Shown: positions 47,935 through 61,799 of the stretch, one piece after another
Layout: every line of letters begins with the position of its first letter
How positions within the stretch are numbered: the stretch's first letter is position 1
DNA from: the human T2T-CHM13v2.0 reference genome, Homo sapiens
Assembly: GCF_009914755.1 (NCBI RefSeq)
Contig: NC_060934.1
Direction: 5' to 3' (one strand)
Length of the DNA stretch: 64,000 bases
The notes under the pieces: model-generated
What the model saw: the letters and a program-made list of their open reading frames with translations, nothing else
Databases searched by the model: none
What the model was told of the DNA's origin: nothing
Position numbers and translations under genes: made by a program

Positions 47935-48489
47935 AAATTTGCTCTCCTTTTGGATTACCAAGTAGAGTATCTTCAAGACAGATGCCTGCCAGTAAATTTA
48001 CTAGACCTCTGGGAACATATTTTAAAAACATAAGCTCCTAATATTAAGTAGGTTGCTCTCCGAACAGGTTTGAATTGCAGAATGTGCAGCCAAGTTTGTG
48101 CCTTGTCAAAAGAGTGAAGCCAAGAGACCTCTCAAGGTGGCTTTTTGTCCAGGTGAATTCTCTATGGTCCAGAATCTGGCATTTTAATGTTTCAGCCTCA
48201 GAAATTTAATTCTGTCAAAGTCTGGGAGCTGAACAATTTTGATGGCATTGACACACATTAACCAAACTTACAAAACTGAGTCATACGTAACAGAGAGCCA
48301 GCCTATTTACAACAGTAATATTGCCAAGGAGACCAGATACTCCCAGTATCTCCACATTTTCTCATAAGTGAACTATAAAGTTGCTTGATGAAAATGGGTT
48401 AGAACAAGATGAACTAGTTATAGGATGGAAATATTCAGTGGCTTGGGCATTGTCAAATTATGCCTTTCTGATCCTTCACTAAATATTTA

Positions 48490-48802
48490 TTTATTATTTA
48501 TTATTATTATTATATGTATTATTATACAGGTCTCACTCTGTCACCTGGGCTGGAGTGCAGTGGCACAACCTCGGGTCACTGCAATCTCGGCCTCCAAGGT
48601 TCAAGCGATTCTCCTGCCTCAGCCTCCTGAGTAGCTGGGACTTCAGTCTCCCACCACCACATCTGGCTAATTTTTATATTTTTAGTAGAGATGGGTTTCA
48701 CCATGTTGGCCAGGCTGGTCTTGAACTCCCGACCTCAACTGATCTGCCCACCTGGCCCTCCCAAAGTGCTGGGATTACAGGTGTGAGCCGTTGCACTGGG
48801 CC
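48490..48802 (-). mobile_element. Alu with (TTA)n tail
   Basis: Antisense dimer. Confidence 0.9.
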
Positions 48803-48988
48803 TGAATATTTAATTATTAAATAGTTCAATGTGAAGACAAATACTAAGAATAATAAAATGGATATCCAAATATCTATAGCCTAAATTTAACAAATGCGAA
48901 ATTTTGCCATATTTGCCTCAGATTTTGCTTTATAAGGAGAAAAAAACTAGTGATGCAATTGAGGTATTCCACCCCTACTCCACTATGA

Positions 48989-49413
<425 letters not shown>

Positions 49414-49817
49414 CTGTTGTGTGTTTTCAAATTGTCCATAGGTGGTATCATACTGTCTGTACATACCTTTCTGCAACTTGCTTTATTCATGCAACATTGT
49501 GTTTCAAAGATTTATCATTGATAATAAATGGAGCTCCAATGCATCCATTTTAACTGAATAGAGTATTCAACTGTTGAATATTCATAATTAATTTACCCAG
49601 TCTTCTATTCATAGACATTTCAATTGTTTCTAATTTTTCATCATTGCCTACAATGCTACCTTGTATGTCCCTGTATATATATGAGAGTTTCTCTAAGAAA
49701 TGTAAAAGTGACAATGCTGTAGGATTTGCATGTCTTCAATTTCATGCTACATTACAAAACTGCACTCCTGAGAAGTTGTGCCAGTTAGCACTCCCACACA
49801 CAGTGTGCAAGAGTTCC

Positions 49818-50167
49818 AGCTGAGTGAGGTGGCTCATGCCTGTAATCTCAGCACTTTGGGAGGCCAAGGCAGGAGGATCACTTGAGGCCAGGAATTTGAG
49901 ACCAGCCTGGGCAACATAGCAAGACTGTCTCTACAAAAAAATTAAAAAATTAGCCAGGCATGCTGGAGCATGCCTGTAGTCCCACCTACTCGGTAGGCTG
50001 AAGTGGGAGGATCCCTTAAGCCTAGGAGTTCAAGGTTCCAGTGAGCTAGGATCAAGCTATTTCACTCCAGCCTGAGTGGTAGAGCAAGATTCTGTCTCAA
50101 AAAAAAAAAAAAAAAAAAAAAAGAAAAAGAAAAAGAAAAGAAAGAAAGAAAGAAAGAAAAAGAAAAA
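49818..50167 (+). mobile_element. Alu (AluJ-like) with long A/GAAA tail
   Basis: Sense dimer inside an old L1. Confidence 0.9.
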
Positions 50168-50416
50168 TACCACATCTGAAGTACTCTTGAACTCAGCAAA
50201 TTGAAATTTTATTTTGCTAATATAATGAGTGTGAGATAATATCTTATTGTTCAAATTTGTAGTTTCTTGATTAGCAGTGAGACCAGCTGGACATCCGTGT
50301 GTTTTGGGTTCCAACTTTTTGTTGGCTATATGTGTTGTGATATCTTATCATAGTTTGGGGCCTTTATTTTTAGGTTATGGTCTCTTTTCTCATATGTAAT
50401 TTTGTATTTACTTTCA

Positions 50417-50540
50417 TTTTTAAAGAGACAGGGTCTTGCTTTGTTGCCCAGGCTGGTTTAAAACTCCCGGCTTCAAGCAATCCTCCCACCTTAGTCTCCC
50501 AAAGTGCTGGGATTATAGATGTGAGCCACTGCACCCGGCC
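50417..50540 (-). mobile_element. FLAM/Alu left monomer
   Basis: Single antisense arm. Confidence 0.85.
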
Positions 50541-50828
50541 TTATATGTAACTTTTTCGTTGTAATGTATTCCAAGTTACCTGTTTTGTTTTGTTTTTCCC
50601 TCTCTCTCTCTCTCTCTCTGTATGGTTTGTGCTTTTTCTGCCTTAAACCCTTTCTGAGCCAAAGTTATACCACCATTCTCTGCTCTCGTATTTTCTGGCC
50701 CTGTAGACTTTGCTATGTGGACATCACAATGCAAAGTGGGAACGTGAAATCTGAAAAGCATGTATTTAAGATATTTTTTCTCTCTTTTCATAAGCTAAAA
50801 TTGTTGCTCACAGCTGTATCTTTTCTAG

Positions 50829-50936
50829 GAAGAGGACCATGTTTCAAAAAATTGTTGATGCCTGTGAACAAATGCAAACGGAAGAAGAAGCCATCAAATA
50901 TGTAACTGTTGATCCAACCAAGAAAGAGATTATCAT
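50829..50936 (+). CDS. PDE6C: PDE6C exon 17 (KRTMFQK...KKEIIM)
   Basis: tctag|G AAG ... AT|gtaggt; 108 nt. Confidence 0.97.
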
Positions 50937-50948
50937 GTAGGTAGTTGA

Positions 50949-51209
<261 letters not shown>

Positions 51210-51368
51210 TAGTGAGACAGTAGGCAATTTGATTAGGCCCTAGAATAAAGCAAATAGAAGGAACTTTGGAAGGAGAATTCTTTCTTGAAAGAATTCTTTA
51301 ACATTGAAACACTGTAAATAATTTATATAAAATTATCCAAGAAATGTCTGAGTTTTTAAATAGAGGAG

Positions 51369-51735
51369 TGTATTAGCCTGTTCTCATGCTGCTGCTAATA
51401 AAGACATACCCGAGACTGGGTAATTTATAAAGGAAAGAGGTTTAATGAACTCACAGTTCCACATGGCTGGGGAGGCCTCGCAATCATGGTGGAAGATGAA
51501 GGAAGAGCAAAGGGATGTCTTATGTGGTGGCAGGCAAGAGAGAGCGTGTGCAGGGGAACTCCCCTTTATAAAACCATCAGATCTTGTGAGACTTACTTAA
51601 TATCACTAGAACAGCACGGGAAAGATTTGTCCCCATGATCCAATTACCTCCCACTGGGTCACTCCCATGAATTGGGAATTATGGGAACTACAATTCAAGA
51701 TGAGATTTGTGTGGGGACATAGCCAAACTATATCA
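51369..51735 (-). mobile_element. THE1 (B/C-like) solo LTR
   Basis: tgtattag...aaactatatca; TSD aggag/atgag. Confidence 0.88.
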
Positions 51736-52072
51736 ATGAGGTAAGTCAGAACAAGATCAGGATGCATCGTTAGTGTTTTCCTCTATCAAGGGTGTTTTTG
51801 CTCCTATAGTCTCTTCTTCAATGTGCTGTGAATTATAAGAAGGCACTGACTGTGAGATGATGTCTAAGGTTGCCTTCCACTGAAGTTCTTCCCCCACCTT
51901 GGGGAGGCACTAGTCTACCACTTGCTTTCTTACTAATTGGATGAAAAAACCTTCCTTTTTCCTCCAATAATTTCTAGGGAAACCCCTAAGCAGAAGAGAG
52001 CCCAGAATTAAATGGGTTTAACTATAAAAGTGGGTTGTATCTTTTTAAAAAGATAGAATAATTAGAACTCAG

Positions 52073-52582
52073 TGTAGGGGAGAAAAAATATCTATTTCTC
52101 ACCCATCCTAGCTTCATGACTGAGGCCCCTATAACAAAAGACAGATTAACAAGAGAAAAGCGTACACGTTTATTTGTTTTACATGTAATACAGGAGCCTT
52201 CGTGAGGAAACAAAGACCCTAAGAAACAGTTAAACTTGTATGTTTTATGCTAGGTTGGATGAATTAGATAGTCATGGAGAAATAGAATTCAACAAAGAGG
52301 GTATGATCTAATCGTGAGGCAGCTTAGCAAGGCCGATTTGTTCAGATTCTTCTTGGCATCTTTGTGTCTCTGGCTCCTTTCCTCCAGGAATAGGGAGGGC
52401 ACCTCTTGAATGAAGGTCTTATGATCTGCTTCAGGGGAAGGTCAGAAAATCCTTACCTGGTTTTATGACCTACTTCAGGGGAGAAGGTCGGGGGAAGGTG
52501 AGACTGATCTTCCTGCTGCTTTAGTTTCCTCAAATTCCGTCACCTTAAAATATTTTGGGGCAGGGTGTCCTGAACTCCGTCA
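52073..52582 (-). mobile_element. ERV1 MER4-group solo LTR (MER34/MER39-like; subfamily uncertain)
   Basis: tgtagggg...cccctataacaaaagacagattaacaagagaaaagc...ttatgacctacttcagggg...tcctgaactccgtca. Confidence 0.6.
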
Positions 52583-52599
52583 CCATCAAGTCCAAAACC

Positions 52600-53530
52600 A
52601 AATGCTTCCTCTCCTTCCACCTCGACATGCCTGCTCTTCTTCCTCTGTTCTTTATCGATGAGGTCACCCAAGCTAGAAACCTGGGGTCCTGCTTGAGCTT
52701 ATCTCCCTCATTTCAAAATCATTTATATCAGCCTCGCTAGTACCTCAGTTCTGACTTTTATCAGAACTATGGTAGCAGCCTCCTAATAGATGCTCACATC
52801 AACTCCACAAGTCATCCTCTGACTTGCTGCCAGGATGTCTCTACACAGAGCTCAACTCAGCCATTCTACTCCTTAAAAGGCTCATACTCCCCATTGCCAG
52901 AGGTTTCCAACTTCTTTCCCAAAGAAGTAAAGTCTATTTTCTCCCAACAAAACTTGCCCAAAGATCACTTTATAAAAGAGAAAAAAGCAAAGCTACTTTA
53001 GCTTTCATCTCTCTTGGTCTCCACCTTCTTGGGCCCTAGAGCACTTCAGGGGAACCCTAGACTCCAAGAGTAAACAGCACTGGCCTAGAGAATCAAATTC
53101 AAGCTTCCTGGCAAAATTTACATGGCCTGTCACTGCCTGTCCTCAACTCACACTCCCAGCATCAATTCCCATCACCTTCTCCCATGTCATTGCTTCACAC
53201 TCTAAGCCTGCACTCACAGAAGCTTTGTACGTTCCATTTTATCTCGGCAAATATTCTTCCCCTCCTCTTTTCCTGGAAAATTACTCTTGTTCTTCACAAT
53301 ACAACATAAATGCCACCTCCTTCCTTCATGAAACTTATCTTTACTCCCTTCTCCCTGACCCATAGCACTTACACTATTATTGTTACAGCACTTACCACAC
53401 TGTATACATGACTGTCTTCGCTAGACTCTGAACATTTTAAAGAAAAAGATCACCCCTTATTCCTCTTGGCAAGCCTGGCTCATGCCAATGTAAAGGCAGC
53501 TAGCAGGTGTTCAATGAACTTGATAAATGT
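52600..53530 (+). mobile_element. L2 fragments
   Basis: gtcacccaagctagaaacctgg, aaatgccacctcc, agcacttaccacactg, ctagactctgaa. Confidence 0.6.
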
Positions 53531-53986
53531 TTTTTTTTAGTGATATAAATTAATGCTGGAATATCCTCACACTGTAATTAGGTAAAGCTACATACTAATG
53601 GGTGTATGTCACATGTGCATTCACAGACATATGCTAGATGCTAACAGATAGACAGGACAAAGAACAACCGGCGAAGTGTTAGAACTTGAAGCATAATATT
53701 TAATCCTCCTATTTCTCCTTTTCGTTGGTGAGAAGTGGTGGCAATCGTAAATGGGAGATAGATACTCCTAGAATAAGCCTAGAACACTGAAGTAGGAAGA
53801 AAAAGCTCCCCTTTCGCATTTCAATATAATCTGTAAATGACCTCTTTTTAAAAGTTAAGAGCATACGGTTTGATAGCACCTCAAACATTGACTGTAAACT
53901 CGATCCTTAAATGTCACTTGTACTAATAAAATGCAAGTTCTCTATTCATAAGTGGATTTAGTGAACCAAGCCTTTCTCATTTGCAG

Positions 53987-54061
53987 GTAGCACTTATGGT
54001 TGCAAATGAATTTTGGGAACAAGGAGATCTGGAGAGAACAGTGTTGCAGCAACAACCCATT
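53987..54061 (+). CDS. PDE6C: PDE6C exon 19 ([16 protein letters not shown]...QPI)
   Basis: tgcag|GTA ... ATT|gtaaga; 75 nt. Confidence 0.97.
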
Positions 54062-54110
54062 GTAAGACCTTGACATAAAAATGTATTACTTATTAAAAGT
54101 TATCAGGACA

Positions 54111-54412
<302 letters not shown>

Positions 54413-54487
54413 GTTGTCAGGACAAATCAGTCTGTTTTGTTCATACATCTTAGAAACCTGTCTTAAAGGATTTATTTCTCTTTCTAG

Positions 54488-54589
<102 letters not shown>

Positions 54590-54955
54590 TGAATTAAATA
54601 CATAAACATTTGGATGAGAAATTTTCTTTCAAACTGTCACCAAAATTTAGAAGTCACCCATACGGAAAGCCATTGGGGTATCACTGTTTCTCCAAAGCAG
54701 TTTGAGGTTTTACCCTAATCTCATTCAGGGCTGGAATAAAAGGAGGGAACTCAGATGTGAGCGAACTGAACACTTCCTTAGGCAGGCAGTAAAGACAGCA
54801 CGTGTCTCTTTCCCAAACTTCATAGGCCCGTGGTTAAACTTATCCTAGCAGCTCTGAGTGCTGTAACAATTCCTTACAGCTCACTCTCTGCATATGAAAG
54901 ATCCTGAAAATTAACTGTATGATTTATGTAGTTTCTGACCTAAAATTCCTTTTAG

Positions 54956-55108
<153 letters not shown>

Positions 55109-56785
55109 TAGATGGGCTCTGTTTTTGCTCCCTGTAATGTAGCCAGAAGCTAGGCTGAGCTTAATGGCATGTGACAAAGCCATAAAGAGTCACCACAAAC
55201 AGAAAACCTGCTTTACTGGTGCAGACTGATCATTTTAACAGGCCGATTAGTGGTTTTCAGGTCCCCCTGGCCCTGCCACAGACAACATCTTATGTATAAC
55301 TCCAGATCGAATTGACCGGTCCAGTTGAAGTAGAGGTTGGAGCTAGGCTTCTTCATCTTGCTAGAAGGTGGCTCCTCTGCAGAACACTGGGTGCTTAGGG
55401 ATAATATGTAAACTACAGAATCTGGGGGATTAGAGTTAGGTGAGAAAAAAGTTTTTGTCCCAACATTATGCATTAGCTGTGAGACCTTGGGCAGCTTGCT
55501 TAACCTCGCTGAGTTTAATATTCTTCTCCATGTAATGAGGTGGTTTTACAGATCTTCAGCTTAAGGAAGCCCTACATGTAGAGTAAGGCTGAAATTGCCG
55601 GTCTCCCAAATGTCTCCACATTGGGAGATGTTTTTCTGGCATGAGATTCCTGTGCCATTTTTTTTCTGGCATGAAATTTCTATTCCTAAAGTCACTTTGT
55701 CAAGTTTAATGTTGTTTTTGGATTCTTAAAATGCTTAGGATTAACTATTAGTTCATCAGATGGCCCAAACATCATTTTGAAAGTGGAATGCTAATTTCTG
55801 TCTTGAAAGTTTATCACTCTGAAGGTTTTGTAAGCAATTGTTATTGCTTAACAAAGAAATCATCTCTATGTGGAAAGGCCCTGACATGTTCCTTTTAGGT
55901 GGCTCTATTGCATTTAGTGAAATTTTAAATAATTCATAGGAGAAAATATTTTTCTTAACAAAGTTAAGGATGTCCTTCAGAATAAAAGCAGGAGTTTTTG
56001 ACTCCTTGATATCCATTCACTTATGTATTTATCAGATGTCTTCTCTGTATAAAGCCCGGTGTTAGGCAGGCCCTGGGGAAAGATGGGATCCTTTATCTTG
56101 AACAATTTACCATTTGGTGGGGGAACTAAACATTGTGAACCAATGCACAATTAACGATCTCGAAGAAGGCACTAGTGTGCACATGGGCCATGGAGAAGGC
56201 TTTCCTGAAGAATGCTTACGCTAACCACAGAAAGCAGGCATTGGGGAGGAAGAGTAAGAAAATATGTACAAAGGCTTGGAGTAGGAATAAGCTTGGTGCA
56301 ATTGAAAAATTTTTAAGCTGATATAGCTGGAGTCTAGAGAGTAAAGAGTGCGAAGTACATATGAAGCTGGTAGTGCAGGTAGCTGCCAGATACTGTATTG
56401 CCTTGAAGGTGGGCTAAAAATGTTCATGGGTCATTTGAGAGATTTAAGGTAAGATATGATTTGCATTTCAAAACAATAAGTGATTTTTACCAAGCAAGTG
56501 AAAAGTGAGGGTATTTCTTAGTACTATTAGATTTAACCTTTATCTCAACTTTATTATGAAGAGATGATCAGGTCCTTTAAGTGACATTGGATATGGATCT
56601 GTATTTTATTTGCACAAAAATTTACTTCTGAGTTTTTTTGCTACTACATAGAGAATTCTTTGTGGACTAAGATCATTATTTTCTATCACCAGGCATGGAG
56701 CTTTGTGCATCAAGCTCAGATTTCCAGACTGCATTGTCTCAGTGAGAAACTAAGATGTTAACTGGCCAACCATTGATCAGATTCT

Positions 56786-57099
<314 letters not shown>

Positions 57100-57290
57100 C
57101 AGATTTTATTTTTTGAATGGACCAACTCTGAATATTAATTCAAGTTTTTACATGGTCAAACCCACAGTACTTGCTAGGTTAAAATGACTAATTAGTCTAC
57201 AAAGTTGACACTACTATCATGGGAATGTTAGAATAAAAACACTGTATATCCACTAACTCCTAATAATATTGCTTTCCTTGATTTTACTAG

Positions 57291-57349
57291 CTGCTGAAGA
57301 TTCAGGAGGTGGTGATGACAAAAAGTCCAAAACATGTTTAATGTTGTAA
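57291..57349 (+). CDS. PDE6C: PDE6C exon 22 coding part (AAEDSGGGDDKKSKTCLML*; CaaX ending in Leu, geranylgeranylation type)
   Basis: actag|CT GCT ... TTG TAA; 59 nt. Confidence 0.97.
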
Positions 57350-57513
57350 TATTATCTAACTGGTCTAAACTTCAAATATCATTTTACCTTTGAAGAAAAC
57401 CAGAAAACATTCAAAAGAACTTCAACAAATCATCACGTAACAGGATCTTCAGAAAAACTACCCTGTGACTATGAAGAAAATATATATTGCTAGCCCAAAA
57501 ATCCCAGGGGCAA

Positions 57514-57586
57514 AATAAAGTTCAACAAAAGTGCAAAATATGACAAAAATAGGTACATTTTTGGTGCCAATTTATTTTAAATTAAA
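57514..57586 (+). terminator. PDE6C: Candidate PDE6C polyadenylation signals AATAAA (57514-57519) and ATTAAA (57581-57586)
   Basis: Hexamers 165 and 232 nt after the stop. A T-rich tract follows the second, just before an MLT1 LTR. Confidence 0.6.
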
Positions 57587-57636
57587 AAATATGCAATCCT
57601 GAAACTAGTCACAAATTCTTTTTTAAAACATTAATT

Positions 57637-58032
57637 GTATTTATTTGCTAAGGCTGCTATAACAAAGTACCACAGACTGGGTGCTTAACCAATAGAAATG
57701 TATTTTCTCAAAGTCCTGGGGGCTGGAAGTTCAAGATCAAGGAGTTGGCAGGGTTGGTTTCTTGGGAGGCCTCTCAACTTGGTTTGCAGATGGCCATCTT
57801 CTCCCTGTGTCTTCACATGGTCTTCCCTCTGTGTGTCTGTGTCCTAATCTCCTTTTCTTATAAGGACTCCAGTAGGACTGGATTAGGGCCTACCCATGTG
57901 ACCTCATTTTAGTCTTAATTACCTCGTTAATGGCCTTATCTCCAAATACAGTCACATTCTGAGGTACTGGGGATTGGGGCTTAAATATATGAAATGGGTG
58001 AGGGGTGGGGGAGACACAATTCACCCATAACA
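57637..58032 (-). mobile_element. MLT1A/B-like solo LTR
   Basis: tgtatttatttgctaaggctgctataacaaagtaccacagactggg...acacaattcacccataaca. Confidence 0.85.
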
Positions 58033-59831
58033 TTCGTAACTGTGATTCATACCTCAAGCCACTCCCCGAACTAAAATCTCTCAACATCTTAATAAAAGAG
58101 TAAACGCAGTATAGAATGTATAGTGTTGTAAATATGATATAGAAAATAATGATGTCATTTTATTCAACGTCATTCCATCTGAAATGCTTATCTCTTTTCT
58201 CTACTTTTACCCTTGATAATAGAATGATGAAGACCAAACTATTTTTTGGCAATATTTATTAAAACTATGCCTTTGACCTACACTCCTCCTTCAAAGTTTG
58301 AAATCAATTATTTTGGGTGTAACTAAGAATATTTTTTACAGTTCAGAACTATTCTTTTCATTAAAAAGATTATCAATGCACAAGATTCTAACTGGATAAT
58401 CATAATGCAAGTTAAAGCAGCTAATGAATATTATGCGTTAAGAAGCATGTGATTGGATTATGCAAGAACCTTATCAAAAATAGTACAGAAAAACTTCAAC
58501 CAAGATGACTTTCTAAAAATGATTAATAGACCTACCAGGCATTCTAAATATTAAATTGTTAAGACAAACTAAGGGCAATCAACTACTTCGACTGCATGGT
58601 ATATGTCTGTCTGGATATTCGAGAAATTTAAGATTTCTTCTTTTACTTATCTATAATCATAGATAAAATTAGAAAATAGAATAATATAGTTATGCCATAT
58701 ATTTTATCATAGAATTTTTTTGTCACAAGCTATCTACAGTCTAAAGAATTGAACATCAATGAACCTATATATTTTGTAATAGACAAGATAATGTTCAATT
58801 TTGAGCAGCCAAGAAATGAATCGCCATTTATTTTTATAAGTTAGGTACTTAGAATTGTCAGACTGCTTCTCTCACATTAGAATGTAAAATTTATGAGGAA
58901 AGATTTTGTCTATTTTGTCTGTTTTGTTCACAGCTCTATCTCGGCACCTAGAGCAGTGCCTGGCACAAGGTAGGCACTCAGTAATATGAATGAATACTAT
59001 GTGAATAAATGTTACAACAAACAGATATAAATAAGGTATGACAGTAAGTCATATGTACACTCAAATGAGTATTGTTTATTAAAGTAATCAACTTAGCTAA
59101 GTGATGCATGCTCCCTTATTTCCATTGCTTAAAATAATTTTGAAATTCCACTTCCAGAAGCACTATTATTTTAAAAACCACGTAAGAAACGTTATTCCTT
59201 TAGCCCTATGTAATTTTAGACCCCAAAACATCAGTCAGCTCAAACAACTTCCCCTCCTTAGTCACCAGAAATTGTATTGAGGGTAGAGATGTCCACCACT
59301 GAAGGTCTGCCAAATACATGAACTCTGCATAAGAGCAAGTATAAGAAGGCCTAACTTCAACACCCCCAGACCAGTGGTCTGCTGACCACCACTGACCGCA
59401 CTATAGCAAAGTTTGAGATAGGTGTGTAGGAGAATTACTTTTTAAACTCATCATGTTAGAGGCCTTTTCAAGACTCCTTAAAAACATAACTCCCATTATC
59501 TGTCACTGTGTATGCATGGATTAAGTATTGTGATTTTATATAAATTTATAAATGAGCCTGATGTCATAAATCTACTTGAAATACCAAATACACTGATCTA
59601 TTTTTAAAGGGTCTTTAGATATTCTTCCTAGTTAAATTCCTAATTTTAATTTTGCAGGAATTTTACTTTCTGACAACCACTAAACAATGGACATATTTTT
59701 ACCATAAGAATGTTTAACTGCATATATTCTACTACTAATATCAGTCTTGCGGCTGGACATTTCAAACACTTTTTCACCGGAAATACAGATTCATTTTTAC
59801 ACACTACAAGTAGTGAGGTGAAAAAAAACAA

Positions 59832-59837
59832 TTTATT
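59832..59837 (-). terminator. FRA10AC1: Candidate distal FRA10AC1 polyA signal (AATAAA on minus strand)
   Basis: TTTATT on +, followed on the minus strand by a U-rich tract; implies a 3'UTR of about 1.9 kb. Confidence 0.5.
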
Positions 59838-60456
59838 CAAGAAGTGAGGGGACTATCAAACAATGTTAAACACTGATAAACCCAACACTGATTTACTTTT
59901 CTGAAACAGGTTCAGAAATGATTGCATAATTACTTCCTAGATGGTTCCTTTACAGCCATGCCCAGCTCAGTGCCTCACATATAATAGAAGCCTGATAAAT
60001 ATTTGTGGAATTAATGAATAACTGTTTAATAAAAGGAAAATCTCTGATAATAACCATTTTAAAATGATACCAAATTACTCATTTTGCAGTTTATTGCCAA
60101 TCATTCCGTGTTTAAATGTTATTTAAAATAGTATATCTTCAATAAAATACTTGCTTATGTTCAGTTCATTTTCTATATGTCCTTTCTCTTATTCATCAAG
60201 TCAAGCATCTTCTCCTATATCTATCCATCTATTTGCTCTTTATAAAAGCAGATCTTTGCTAGTTTTCAGAAATCAATAAATCCTTTTGAAAATCTGATTT
60301 TTGAAAATTTGAAATTTATGGACTTTTCCTCCAAAAAACATACACAGAAGTTTGCACAGATTCTAAAAAGGCTTGGATCTCCTGAAGCACCTCCATAGAC
60401 CCTTGCGACTAGGACCTTATGTTAAGAAGTTACATTTTATATTTCTGCATAGAAGT

Positions 60457-60813
60457 TCTATTAGTCCATTTTCACACTGCTGATAAAGACATACCAGAGA
60501 CTGGGGAAGAAAAAGAGGTTTAATTGGACTTACAGTTCCACATGGCTGGGAAAGCCTCAGAGTCATGGTGGGAGGCAAAAGGCACTTCTTACATGGCAGC
60601 AGCAAAAGAAAATGAGAAGGATGCAAAAGCAGAAGCCCCTGATAAAACCATCAGATCTTGTGAGACTTATTCACTACCACAAGAACAATATGGGGGAAAC
60701 CGCCCCCTTGATTCAAATTATCTCTCACTGGATCCCTCCTATAAAATGTGGGAATTATGGGAGTACACATTCAAGATGAGATTTGGGTGGGGACACAGAG
60801 CCAAACCATATCA
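60457..60813 (-). mobile_element. THE1 (A/B-like) solo LTR in the FRA10AC1 3'UTR
   Basis: tattagtccattttcacactgctgataaagacatacc...ccaaaccatatca; TSD gaagt/gaggt. Confidence 0.88.
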
Positions 60814-61217
60814 GAGGTATATTCATATTTGCATGAGTATATCTGAGGCAAGATACATGCACATAGTATTATTCAGTTAAATTATCTTACTGCATAATCT
60901 CTGCCGGGGAGGCAATTTTTGTGAACACATGAACTGTTTTAGACTACTGGGACCTCACTGGCTCCCTGTGGTAATAATTTACTTAATAGTAAATTATCCA
61001 CAGGCTAGGAAGTCAAATTTGATTATAACAAACTCTCTTAAGTGGTAGAGGTTAAGAAGGAAGCAAGAGACAGGCAAGCAAAAAACCTCAAAAAGCAGCT
61101 GGAAATAGGTGGTAATGGGAGAGCAGGTACTTAAAAGAAGGGTGCCAGTTTATCAATGGGAAAGAAAGAAGTTAAAGACATACATAATATACTTTAATCC
61201 TAGTAATTTAAAATAAT

Positions 61218-61350
61218 TGGCAGAGCATGGTGGCTCACACCTGTAATCCCAGCACTCTGGGAGGCCAGGGTGGGAGGAATGCATAAGGCCAGGAGTTTGA
61301 ATACCAGCCTGGGCAACACAGGAGGACTCCGTTTCTACAAAAGAAAAAAA
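61218..61350 (+). mobile_element. FLAM/Alu left monomer
   Basis: Single sense arm with A-tail. Confidence 0.85.
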
Positions 61351-61756
61351 TGAAAAACAAACAAATCCAGTATTGGTGGCTCTAAAAAAGAGAAAAAGAA
61401 GAAATAATAAAATAAAATAATGAAGGCAAGAGAAGATACATAATGAAGGCAGTGAAAAAAAACCTACAAAATGTAGGAACAATGGAATCTGTCCAGCTCT
61501 ATCCTCTAGGAGCTACAAATAAAACAGAATTGTAGATAAGCAATTGAAAAGATATTTAAAGGACAGGAAAGTCTTTAATTGAACTAATGAACTTCCAAAG
61601 CCTCTGACATTCTGAGAGAACCTGGATTTTTATTTCCAAAGACAAACCACACAAGCTGTAACTTGCAGATAAAAACTTATATGGAATTTCAAATTGCATG
61701 AAGTTTAAAACTTCATGAAGTTTCACATTAAGGAGCGGAGGCTTCTCTCTCTCGTC

Positions 61757-61799
61757 TCATAGAAACAAATCCTGAAAATACTCATCAAATTCTTCTTCC
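61757..61799 (-). CDS. FRA10AC1: FRA10AC1 last coding exon (EEEFDEYFQDLFL*)
   Basis: Minus strand ttttaaatag|G GAA GAA ... CTA TGA; phase matches the previous exon. Confidence 0.9.

Noticed and set aside
48520-48660. Antisense Alu with tatacag|g acceptor as an exonisation candidate
   Set aside because: The pyrimidine tract has been replaced by (TTA)n and I found no convincing donor.
51274-51297. 11-bp inverted repeat AGAATTCTTTC-TT-GAAAGAATTCT
   Set aside because: Short and AT-rich; near chance expectation in 64 kb and not tied to any feature.
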